A stretch of DNA of 64,000 bases from Spirochaetia bacterium. Lineage in GTDB: Bacteria; Spirochaetota; Spirochaetia; WTKD01; G963693115. Shown piece by piece: positions 39,509 through 48,235 of the stretch. The position numbers were made by a program, and so were the translations under genes. The notes below the pieces were generated by a model. It was not told the DNA's origin. It did not search any database and saw only the letters and a program-made list of their open reading frames with translations. The stretch lies in assembly GCA_965226055.1 (NCBI GenBank), contig CBDDCA010000004.1, positions 128,001-192,000 of the forward strand. Direction: 5' to 3'. The number at the start of each line of letters is the position of its first letter. Within the stretch, counting starts at the first letter, position 1.

Positions 39509-41206
39509 ATGAGAAAAATATATCTCCATTTTTTACAAGAAATGGAAAAAGAATTACAAACTATTGATTATGATACCCAAAAGGTACGTGATTTGCAACA
39601 GTACATAGAATCAAAAGAGCTACTGCTTCCAGTGATAGGGCAGTTTAGCTCTGGGAAAAGTACGCTCCTCAACTCGTTTATAGGGAGAGATATACTGCCA
39701 GTGGGCATTACGCCCGAGACAGCACTAGCATCAGAGCTGAGATATGCAAGTGATGAAAGAATAGAGGCTATCAAAAAAGATGGGGGCATCACAACATTTT
39801 CAATAGACGAAATAGAAAAGATAAAGGAAAGAGCAAAAGATTTTTCGTATCTTACGTTTTTTATCAATAGTAATGTTGTTCGTGATATTGCTCCGTTAAT
39901 CCTTGTTGATATGCCAGGCTTTAGTGCAGCCAATGAGTTTCATCAACAGGCTATTATGGAATATCTCAACAAAGGAGTGCATTATGTCTGTCTTATCAGT
40001 GTTGAAGAAGGAACTATTCAAAAATCTATGGAAATACAGCTGAGGGATGTTAAGGAGTTTGAAAGAAAATTTTCAGTATTTTTAAGCAAATGTAATCTCC
40101 GTTCTCCAGAAGAATCGAAGGAAATAGCCACTAAGATACAAGAACAGCTAGAAGATAATTTTGATGAACATATATCTGTTGTGCCAATAGATGACAATGG
40201 AGGCGAAAGTCTTGGGACAGTCATGCAGGAGATACATATTTCTGATCTTGAGAAACAAGTATTTTTCTCAGGAGTTGAAGCGTTATACAGAGATATTTTA
40301 GGGAGCATCAATACAGAAATAGCATCTCTCACAAAAAGCAAAGAACAAAACGATGATGCCATTACTGCACTCAAAGAAAGTGTAGCAAAGATTGAACAAA
40401 AACGCGATCAGCTTATGAATGATGCTCGTAATACCTACACAGAGCAACATGCTCGTCAGATTATTGAAGCAGTAGGTTCTGATCTTTCAAGCAGTGTAGA
40501 GCAGTTTGTATCTATTGCAATGTCAGGAAACTCTGATGAGATGTCACGGCAAATATCAGAAGTAGCACGTTCATCCTTAATTTCAAAGATGAAAGAAGTT
40601 ATGACTACTATAAGCAGTAGTATTATTGATACGTTTCAGCTTAATATACAGGATATTGAGACGAATGTATCAGGCTATACTCCTGATGCTTCATTGCTTG
40701 AGAATATTGCAGATACAGTAAAAGGGAAGATGTCAGGTATACAACAGAGCATGACAGATATGGTAGCTGAACGCCAAAAAAAGAAAGGGGCAAGCGGAAT
40801 ATATATGGCTATTACTGGTATTTTAGCACTTTCTACTGGTGTTATTGCACCAGTATTAGAAGCAATAATTGTATTTTTGCCAAGTCTATTGAGCGGGCTT
40901 TTTAAGAAATCGAGAGAAGAAAAACAAAGAGAACAAATTAGATCTACATTGCTCACACAGACATTTCCATCAATAAAAAGAGAAATAGCAACTAAAGTAG
41001 AATCGTTATTGGAAGAGCAAACAAAAACCTTAATACAAGGCATTGGTACTCAGTATCAGGAATTGTTGGAACAAAAAAGCAAAGAGATTGAAAAAGCAGA
41101 GGAAGAAAAAAATAAAAAAATACAGGATATTGAACAGATAATAGCTACAAAAAAAGAATGTGTGGCACATATTACCTCTCTTGCAAACGAGAAATTATAC
41201 GGATAA
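39509..41206 (+). CDS. Bacterial dynamin-like GTPase, LeoA-like
   Basis: G1 GQFSSGKS, LPVGITPET, G3 DMPG, G4 SKCN, hydrophobic paddle, coiled-coil stalk. Confidence 0.88.
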   Translation: MRKIYLHFLQEMEKELQTIDYDTQKVRDLQQYIESKELLLPVIGQFSSGKSTLLNSFIGRDILPVGITPETALASELRYASDERIEAIKKDGGITTFSIDEIEKIKERAKDFSYLTFFINSNVVRDIAPLILVDMPGFSAANEFHQQAIMEYLNKGVHYVCLISVEEGTIQKSMEIQLRDVKEFERKFSVFLSKCNLRSPEESKEIATKIQEQLEDNFDEHISVVPIDDNGGESLGTVMQEIHISDLEKQVFFSGVEALYRDILGSINTEIASLTKSKEQNDDAITALKESVAKIEQKRDQLMNDARNTYTEQHARQIIEAVGSDLSSSVEQFVSIAMSGNSDEMSRQISEVARSSLISKMKEVMTTISSSIIDTFQLNIQDIETNVSGYTPDASLLENIADTVKGKMSGIQQSMTDMVAERQKKKGASGIYMAITGILALSTGVIAPVLEAIIVFLPSLLSGLFKKSREEKQREQIRSTLLTQTFPSIKREIATKVESLLEEQTKTLIQGIGTQYQELLEQKSKEIEKAEEEKNKKIQDIEQIIATKKECVAHITSLANEKLYG

Positions 41207-41247
41207 CAAGAAGAAAAAACAATATTAAATAGTAAAGAGGTATATAT

Positions 41248-43476
41248 ATGAACAAAGAAGAATTATTGACAAAGCTAAAAGGTATTGAAGCTATTGTTAA
41301 TAGCAATCATACTGTTATTGGAAAGGATGCAGAATATCTAGCAGATGACTGTGGCGTAGAAGAATCATCGAAAATACAAGATGCTATGAAACATACTGAA
41401 GACGAAGGGCGTCTATTAAAAATTGGTATCATAGGCAGGGTAAAAGCAGGAAAGTCTTCATTATTAAATTCACTTATCTTTGAAGGAAAGGATATTCTCC
41501 CAAAGGCAGCCACTCCCATGACTGCCAATCTCACGGTGCTGTCCTATGGTGAGAGGAATGCAGCAGAAATAGAATATTTTAGTCCTGAGGACAGAGAAGA
41601 TATTAAAAAGAAACATGACATATACGAAAAAAGAATGCATGATTTAATGGCACAATACCAACAGGAACATAAAGAAAAGCAAAAAGAAGAGCCAGCTGAC
41701 AAAGAAAAGATAGAACGCAAAGCCAAGCGAGAACTAAAAGGCAGTATCGAAGAAGCCTCGTATGATCAGCACAAACGCATGCAAAAGTCAGGGGTAGATC
41801 CAACTCGCCTTGAAGAGAAAACAACGCTAGAATCAAATACAATGGAGGAGCTAGCCCATGAGCTGATAGACTATGTCTCAGCTGAAGGAAAATACATGCC
41901 ATTTACAAGAAGCATCCGTGTGGCATTGCCGAATGAATTTCTCAAAGACATAGAAATTGTTGATACGCCTGGACTGAACGATCCTGTAGTATCAAGGGAA
42001 GAAAGAACAAGGGAGCTACTACGGTACTGCGATGTTATTTTTATTGTGAGTCCTTCGGGGCAGTTTATGACCGAGCAAGACATAGAATTATTACAGCGTA
42101 TATCGACAAAAGAGGGACTGAGAGAGCTGTATGTAGTAGCAAGTCAGGTTGACACACAGCTATTTGGGAGCGAAAAGAAAGCTACAGTCATTGATGCTAT
42201 TGATGGCCTTAGCAACATACTTGCTACAAGATTGCAGGAGGTAATTTCAAAACTAAAAGAACATTCTCCTGAGGTAGGAGATAAATTAAATCAGCTTATT
42301 GAAAACAATCGTGAGCGTATTATATGCTGTTCGGGGATAGCACAATCTATTCTTTTGCGTATGTATGACTCTGGTACAATAACGGATGAAGGACAAACAA
42401 CAGTATGGAATAATCTAAAACATCATTATCCAAATAATTTTTCTGACGGAGACAAAACTACATCGGAAGAAAATCTAAGAGTGCTTGCAAACATTACAAA
42501 AGTGGAAGAAAAAATACAATATGTGCGTTCTCAAAAAGAGAAGATTTTTGAAGACAAGCAGAAAGATTATATACATGCAAAATCACAAGCACTGAGTAAC
42601 TATCAAAAAGCACTCCTTGATGCAGTAGAGAAAAAAATACAAGAGCTTCAAGAGGCTGATATAGATGAACTAAAAAAGAAACAAAAGGAACTACAAAAAA
42701 GTAAAAAAACAGGAGAAATGAATCTTAATAAAACCTTCAGTGAGCTTGTATTAGAACTATGTATGGACATGAAGAATAGGCTCAGTGCTGGGGTAAAAGT
42801 GTTATTTCGAGAAGCATCACAAGGAGTAGCTTCTGCTGAGGGTACAAGTACAGAATATGAGACTGTTAATGATGGTGTTGGGGCAAAAATTGTGAATTTT
42901 GTTACTTTTGGTTTATTTTGTAAGGAAGAGACGACGAGTTACTCAGTTACAACAGTACGAACAGGAGATATACGAAATACTCTGAGAGATTTAACATCAG
43001 AGATAGAAGCAGAGATAGAAAATGTAGCATATGAAAAAGTAAGCACATGGAAGAAAAAAATGCAAAGTACCCTTGTATCTTCTCTCAGAGAGGTAATGGA
43101 TGATGAGTACTTGGATGATTTTATGATTAAAAGTATGCTTCATACCCTTGCCAATACCATTGTATATCCTGATATATCCTTTGAAGATAATAGTCTTAAT
43201 TCTACTCTACGGCAATCAGGGACACTTAAAGAAGATGAAGCAGAGGAGTATATGGAAGCAGCCAGAGACTATATAAGTACTTTTAAGGCTTCTGTCACCA
43301 AAAAGACAAAACAATATACAGAGCAACTAAAAAATACACTTTCCAAATATGAAATTGGCACAGAAATATTTGCAAACATTGACGAGACTATCACTGCTTT
43401 TGAAGACAATATAAAAAACAAAAAGGCGGTATTAGCACAATATGACACAATAAAAAAGGATTTAACAGTAGTATGA
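41248..43476 (+). CDS. Bacterial dynamin-like GTPase
   Basis: G1 GRVKAGKS, LPKAATPMT, G3 DTPGLND, G4 SQVD, long helical C-terminus. Confidence 0.88.
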   Translation: MNKEELLTKLKGIEAIVNSNHTVIGKDAEYLADDCGVEESSKIQDAMKHTEDEGRLLKIGIIGRVKAGKSSLLNSLIFEGKDILPKAATPMTANLTVLSYGERNAAEIEYFSPEDREDIKKKHDIYEKRMHDLMAQYQQEHKEKQKEEPADKEKIERKAKRELKGSIEEASYDQHKRMQKSGVDPTRLEEKTTLESNTMEELAHELIDYVSAEGKYMPFTRSIRVALPNEFLKDIEIVDTPGLNDPVVSREERTRELLRYCDVIFIVSPSGQFMTEQDIELLQRISTKEGLRELYVVASQVDTQLFGSEKKATVIDAIDGLSNILATRLQEVISKLKEHSPEVGDKLNQLIENNRERIICCSGIAQSILLRMYDSGTITDEGQTTVWNNLKHHYPNNFSDGDKTTSEENLRVLANITKVEEKIQYVRSQKEKIFEDKQKDYIHAKSQALSNYQKALLDAVEKKIQELQEADIDELKKKQKELQKSKKTGEMNLNKTFSELVLELCMDMKNRLSAGVKVLFREASQGVASAEGTSTEYETVNDGVGAKIVNFVTFGLFCKEETTSYSVTTVRTGDIRNTLRDLTSEIEAEIENVAYEKVSTWKKKMQSTLVSSLREVMDDEYLDDFMIKSMLHTLANTIVYPDISFEDNSLNSTLRQSGTLKEDEAEEYMEAARDYISTFKASVTKKTKQYTEQLKNTLSKYEIGTEIFANIDETITAFEDNIKNKKAVLAQYDTIKKDLTVV

Positions 43477-44972
43477 TAAATGAAAATATATTGATTGTAT
43501 TAATTTCTACTATTGTCTTTATATGCATAGTAATGCTTATTATCCGCCTCATTCAGAACAATAAAAAAATAAAATCGTTAGAGGATACAATAACTCGTAT
43601 ACATAAGAAATTACAAACACTAGAGGAAAAAATAGTTCACCAAAGCAATAATATAACCAGAATAGAAAAAGAGAAGACAGTATTAGAGGAGCAATATATG
43701 AAAAAGAAGAGAGATTTTGATGCTCTTGAACAAGAATCACGAGAGGCACGTGGAGCAAAGGATAAACTAGACTTAATAAGTGCTATTCTTGGAGCAAAAC
43801 TCCCTAGCAATGCTGGATTGGTTGAATTTAAGCGATTATTACGTGAAGATTTTCTCGATTTTGCTAATGAAGAATCTTCTGTAGCAGAAGAAGCTACATG
43901 TATATTAAAGTTACAGAATATTGAAAAAGAGCTAGAGCTTATGAGCAATTATTCTGCTATTATAGGAAAAACACGTATAGCAGTTGCAGGGGGCTTTAGC
44001 AGTGGAAAATCTAGTTTCTTAAATGGGATTATCCCTGATACAAACATTAAGCTCCCTGTGGGAGTAAATCCTGTAACGGCAATTCCTACCTATATCATAT
44101 CTCAACAATCAGAGAGTGCTGATACTACTATTACTGCTTTTTCCACAAAGGGAGGAAATACGCCTATCTCTAGTGAAATATATAATAAATTATCCCATGA
44201 TTTTATCAACTCACTAGGGTTTAATCTAAAAGATATTCTTGCCTTTATGGCAATAACCATTTCAGAAAAAATATATGAACATATTTGCTTTATTGATACC
44301 CCTGGATATAATCCTGGATCTTCGGGAGAAAGTACTCATTCTGATACAAAAACAGCATCTGAGTTTGTGGAGCAATCTGATATAGTGTTGTGGTGTATTG
44401 ATATTGAAAGAGGTACTGTGCCAAAAACAGATCTTGAATTTATAAGGGAACATTTACAAGAAAAGACACTCTATGTAGTGATGAGCAAGGCTGATATAAA
44501 ATCCTCTGAGGAAATTGAGGATATACTGGATGAGGTGGAAGAAATGCTCCATGATGAAGATATTGCCATAGAGGGAATCTCAGCCTGTAGTTTTCTTAAT
44601 GGCATAGAGGAGAAAACATCAAGAAAAATGAATATAGACGATTTTCTCACATTGTATAACAAAAACAGTACAAAGCATGAAAAAGAAATACTCATTGCTC
44701 GCGTAGAGGAGGTTTGTGATATATATGATAAGGCTATCAACGAAAGTATCAAATTTAGCAAAGAGCATCAAAAAGAATTACACTCTATTGGGCTTGATGT
44801 ATTAGAGTTAGGAGTAGATGATGAGGATAAAAGTGTTAAAACAAGTAGAACGAGTAAAACAGGAAGAAGCAAGAAAACAAGTAGATCAGGAAAAATAAGT
44901 AAGGAATCATCATCAATATTCGGATGGCTTGGACAGTTTGTTGGTGATGAATCAGATAATGATGAGGAGTAA
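43473..44972 (+). CDS. Dynamin-like GTPase with N-terminal TM anchor and coiled coil
   Basis: G1 GGFSSGKS, LPVGVNPVT, G3 DTPGY, G4 SKAD; start overlaps previous stop (ATGA). Confidence 0.85.
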   Translation: MINENILIVLISTIVFICIVMLIIRLIQNNKKIKSLEDTITRIHKKLQTLEEKIVHQSNNITRIEKEKTVLEEQYMKKKRDFDALEQESREARGAKDKLDLISAILGAKLPSNAGLVEFKRLLREDFLDFANEESSVAEEATCILKLQNIEKELELMSNYSAIIGKTRIAVAGGFSSGKSSFLNGIIPDTNIKLPVGVNPVTAIPTYIISQQSESADTTITAFSTKGGNTPISSEIYNKLSHDFINSLGFNLKDILAFMAITISEKIYEHICFIDTPGYNPGSSGESTHSDTKTASEFVEQSDIVLWCIDIERGTVPKTDLEFIREHLQEKTLYVVMSKADIKSSEEIEDILDEVEEMLHDEDIAIEGISACSFLNGIEEKTSRKMNIDDFLTLYNKNSTKHEKEILIARVEEVCDIYDKAINESIKFSKEHQKELHSIGLDVLELGVDDEDKSVKTSRTSKTGRSKKTSRSGKISKESSSIFGWLGQFVGDESDNDEE

Positions 44973-44977
44973 ACATT

Positions 44978-45127
44978 ATGAGCGATAGTAACAGCATAGG
45001 CGATAAACTGAGAGAAATGCAGAAAAAGTTTGATTATAAGAAAAATCAAGAGCAATTAAAGAAATTAGCTATTATCAGAAAAAAAATGATAGATGCTATA
45101 CATACTACTTTTGAATTTAAACACTAA
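44978..45127 (+). CDS. 49-aa helical ORF, possibly a detached C-terminus of the third dynamin (not in ORF track)
   Basis: GAGGAG RBS 8 nt upstream; MSDSNSIGDKLREMQKKFDYKKNQEQLKKLAIIRKKMIDAIHTTFEFKH. Confidence 0.55.
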   Translation: MSDSNSIGDKLREMQKKFDYKKNQEQLKKLAIIRKKMIDAIHTTFEFKH

Positions 45128-45247
45128 TATTGTTGCATTCAAGATGTGTGAGAAATAGAATTTTTGGTGCTGACATGGATAACTGAAAAATGAAATAATT
45201 CAGAGAGAAATGCCAAGAAAGAGAAAATTAGTACATAGGAAAAAATT

Positions 45248-45442
45248 ATGTTTAAATTTATGTTTAATATCTTTAAATGGGGTACAGCCCCAAATGAAGA
45301 ACAGTCGCCTCCAGCAAATCCGACTACTCTAGATACTGAGCAGTATAGAAAGTATTCAGAATCCATGCAAGAGATACAAAGAGAAATTGCAGTTGCGAAT
45401 TCAAAAACATTAAATGAGAAAAGGAGAAAAAAGAATGAATAA
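45248..45442 (+). CDS. Small hypothetical protein
   Basis: AGGA RBS, 64 aa, same strand as the island genes. Confidence 0.4.
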   Translation: MFKFMFNIFKWGTAPNEEQSPPANPTTLDTEQYRKYSESMQEIQREIAVANSKTLNEKRRKKNE

Positions 45443-45583
45443 TTTAGATAAGGGTCAATTTTTATTAGATGCATCTACTTGTTTGATAGATATATTTAAT
45501 AGGAATAAAGTAGTTTCATCTTAATATGATGAAAGATATATATTTCTTTAAAAGCATGGTAGTATAATTTGAAAATTCAATAT

Positions 45584-46000
45584 CTACATACACAACTCTT
45601 CGTATTCTAGCTGCTGGGATGAATGTGTTGCTTCAATGGGAGTTTTGAATATAGTTTGTGTAAACACCTGTTGCCAGTGCAGTATTTTTGCTGTTTCTTT
45701 TGTTTTTTGTCTAAACAATGTGAGTGTTGCTTCGTATGTATCGCTAAGTTCATATATAAAGTATAAGTATATTTCGTATAGTTTTGATTGAGAGAAATAG
45801 GTATTGTTATATGCGGTATGTACTGCATCAATAGTATATAACAGACTGAGAAGATGCTGTACATGGTAGTCTATTTCTGACATATGTATAGCCTCTGTGT
45901 CGGTATGTGTTAAGAGTGTTTGTATGTGTGTACATAATTCAATAGCGGTATGTACAGAGTCAATTTGTTTTTTTATGTTATAGGCCTTAGTTTCTTGCAT
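45584..46000 (-). CDS. Hypothetical protein downstream of fliS (possible flagellar chaperone)
   Basis: Helical ORF directly after fliS; start trimmed to MQETK to avoid overlap. Confidence 0.5.
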   Translation of the reverse strand: MQETKAYNIKKQIDSVHTAIELCTHIQTLLTHTDTEAIHMSEIDYHVQHLLSLLYTIDAVHTAYNNTYFSQSKLYEIYLYFIYELSDTYEATLTLFRQKTKETAKILHWQQVFTQTIFKTPIEATHSSQQLEYEELCM

Positions 46001-46014
46001 ATCTTCTTGTATAT

Positions 46015-46455
46015 CTATAGTGAAATATTGAGTCCTTTTCGTGTGTTTGGCATAGTCTTGCTGGTAGTCCGTACTACTTCTTTCCATGCTTCTAGTAGTT
46101 CTTTTAAGCAGTGAATAATAGGAATGATTCTTTTGCTATCTTTAGTAAAGTTTGCTTCTCGTAGCTCTTGATTAAAATAAAGATATAAATTATGTAGGTT
46201 ATCATACAATGAGCTACTTGCATTTTTGTTGAGAGAGAGCATAAGCTCGGTAATAAGTGCTTGAGATTTAGTGAGGAGATTGTTTACTGTATCAAACGAT
46301 TTATGTTTTTCTTTTTCTAGTAATGCTACTGCTTGTTCTAAAAAAGTTATAGTTTCTTCATACATGGTAATGATTAAAGTGCCACTATCCGCAGTTTTTA
46401 GATCTATTTCTTTATACATTTTTGCTAATTCGTATTGTTCTTGATTCTGATTCAT
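46015..46455 (-). CDS. fliS: Flagellar export chaperone FliS
   Basis: YK...KTA..LIITMYE, KSQALITELMLSL, NLHNLYLY, ELLEAWKE. Confidence 0.93.
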   Translation of the reverse strand: MNQNQEQYELAKMYKEIDLKTADSGTLIITMYEETITFLEQAVALLEKEKHKSFDTVNNLLTKSQALITELMLSLNKNASSSLYDNLHNLYLYFNQELREANFTKDSKRIIPIIHCLKELLEAWKEVVRTTSKTMPNTRKGLNISL

Positions 46456-46501
46456 ATGCTATGTCCTGTACTAATTATGCTTGTAAGTAGTAATATATAT
46501 A

Positions 46502-46528
46502 GTATCGGCTTTCATACACAAAAGTTTA
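46502..46528 (-). promoter_or_regulatory. Sigma28 (FliA) promoter of fliS
   Basis: TAAA-15 nt-GCCGATAC on the minus strand, near-consensus. Confidence 0.85.
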
Positions 46529-46545
46529 TATATTTTGCATTTCTT

Positions 46546-48210
46546 CTATGTACCCGTTTTGTTATTTTTGTCTATTTGCTGTAAAAATAAATAGGCTTGC
46601 TCTTTTGCTTGTGCACTAAACATAGCACTCCCATTCATGGTAGAGCAGCCATGTTGTTTTGCTTCTCGGAGAAATTTTGTTTCTGGGGGAGTATAGATAA
46701 TATCATAGACGGTTTCTTTGCCCGAAAAATGATATGCAGGAAGAGGGGATATATCTTTTGTCATGCCAACGCTCGTGGTTTGTACGATAATATCTGCGTT
46801 CCATTGTTTCATTGTTGCATAATCTTGCAGCAAACAGTAAGATATAGGATAAGGAGAGAAGTGCTGTGCTATTATTTTTGCGTTATCAATGCTTCTGTTT
46901 GCTATGAGGATATTTGCTCCACAGAGCTGTAACGCATAAGCTACTGACTTTGCTGATCCTCCTGCTCCTATAATGAGGCACGATATATCTTTAAGTGCAT
47001 TATGGTAATTATCAATACTGAGAGGCGATGTGTGTTCTTTATAGGGGATATGGAGTGTTTTCAGTAATGGATGTAAAAAACCAAATACATCAGTATTGTA
47101 TCCTTTCCATTCTTTTTGTGTACAGAGTACTGTGTTGCAAGATGCACATGCTTGCACTACTTGATTGCTATATTTCAAGGTACTGATAATAGTACTTTTA
47201 TGAGGTACTGTTACCGATAAGCCTTGTATGTTCATATATTCTGCTATGTTCTGTATATGTGTGATAGTATCGCTGTGGAGGTGAATATACACTGCTTTTT
47301 TATTCTTTTTTTGAAATAAGGCATTGAAATACTGGGGCGATTTTGAATGGAGTACAGGGTCGCCTATGACTGCAAATACAGGAATATTGTTATTAGTGTT
47401 CAGTTGTAGTTCATGATAACGATACATGGTATCAAGCTGATATGCTGAGATTTGTCCTAGTGTTTGTGTAAGTGTTGAGGATGAGTCTGTAGAGTCAGGC
47501 ACATCTGGACTACAGTAGGTCCACAACGATGAACTAAGATAACTGAGAATACGAGCAGCTTGTCCAAAACTTCCCATAGGAATGAGGATATACTCATGTG
47601 CGTCTTTTTGTAATTCATTACTCGCTATGAGGTATTGGTGAAAATCTGCACTACTGTTACAGTGTATTGCATATTTGATAATAGCAAAAGGGTATTTGTT
47701 TGCATAATATCGTAGAGTGTGTATAAGTTCTTCGGCAGAAAAGGAGGGGGAAGCATTGTCTTTTTCATGATGCGTTTGTTTTTTTGCAGAGTGAGGTGTA
47801 AATACATGCTGTGAAAGAATAATACGACAAGTGCTGTTATGTGCTATAGATGTTTCATGTGCAGCAAGTATAAATGAGGTATTTTCTTGCTTGGTGCTAT
47901 CTTGTAATTCTATATCAACATACTCAAATAAGGATGCTTGTATTATCTTTATGAGTATATCTTGTTTTTGTAATGGACTATTGTTATTACTGTCGTTATT
48001 ACTCCAATGCCCACCATCGTAGTGTTCACGAATGGTACATATACCTGGTAATGAGAGCTGTTGTTTCCATTGTTCTATATTGTTCCAATGCAGCTCATTT
48101 TTATCAAGAAAATCGACTCGTAACTCAAATAAATCAGCATAATTTTGATTTATTTGCAATAAATGATTATTTTTTTCAAAAGTAGTAGCATTTAAGCAGA
48201 CACATATCAT
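46546..48210 (-). CDS. aroE: Fused type I 3-dehydroquinate dehydratase / shikimate dehydrogenase (AroD-AroE)
   Basis: N-terminal ELRVD, TIR...GG, YVDIEL, SQH, MG; C-terminal GDPVLHSKSP, SVTVPHK, NT...GYNTD, GAGGSA, YDIIYTP. Confidence 0.92.
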   Translation of the reverse strand: MICVCLNATTFEKNNHLLQINQNYADLFELRVDFLDKNELHWNNIEQWKQQLSLPGICTIREHYDGGHWSNNDSNNNSPLQKQDILIKIIQASLFEYVDIELQDSTKQENTSFILAAHETSIAHNSTCRIILSQHVFTPHSAKKQTHHEKDNASPSFSAEELIHTLRYYANKYPFAIIKYAIHCNSSADFHQYLIASNELQKDAHEYILIPMGSFGQAARILSYLSSSLWTYCSPDVPDSTDSSSTLTQTLGQISAYQLDTMYRYHELQLNTNNNIPVFAVIGDPVLHSKSPQYFNALFQKKNKKAVYIHLHSDTITHIQNIAEYMNIQGLSVTVPHKSTIISTLKYSNQVVQACASCNTVLCTQKEWKGYNTDVFGFLHPLLKTLHIPYKEHTSPLSIDNYHNALKDISCLIIGAGGSAKSVAYALQLCGANILIANRSIDNAKIIAQHFSPYPISYCLLQDYATMKQWNADIIVQTTSVGMTKDISPLPAYHFSGKETVYDIIYTPPETKFLREAKQHGCSTMNGSAMFSAQAKEQAYLFLQQIDKNNKTGT

Positions 48211-48235
48211 ACTATCATTGTAGAATATAAAAAGA

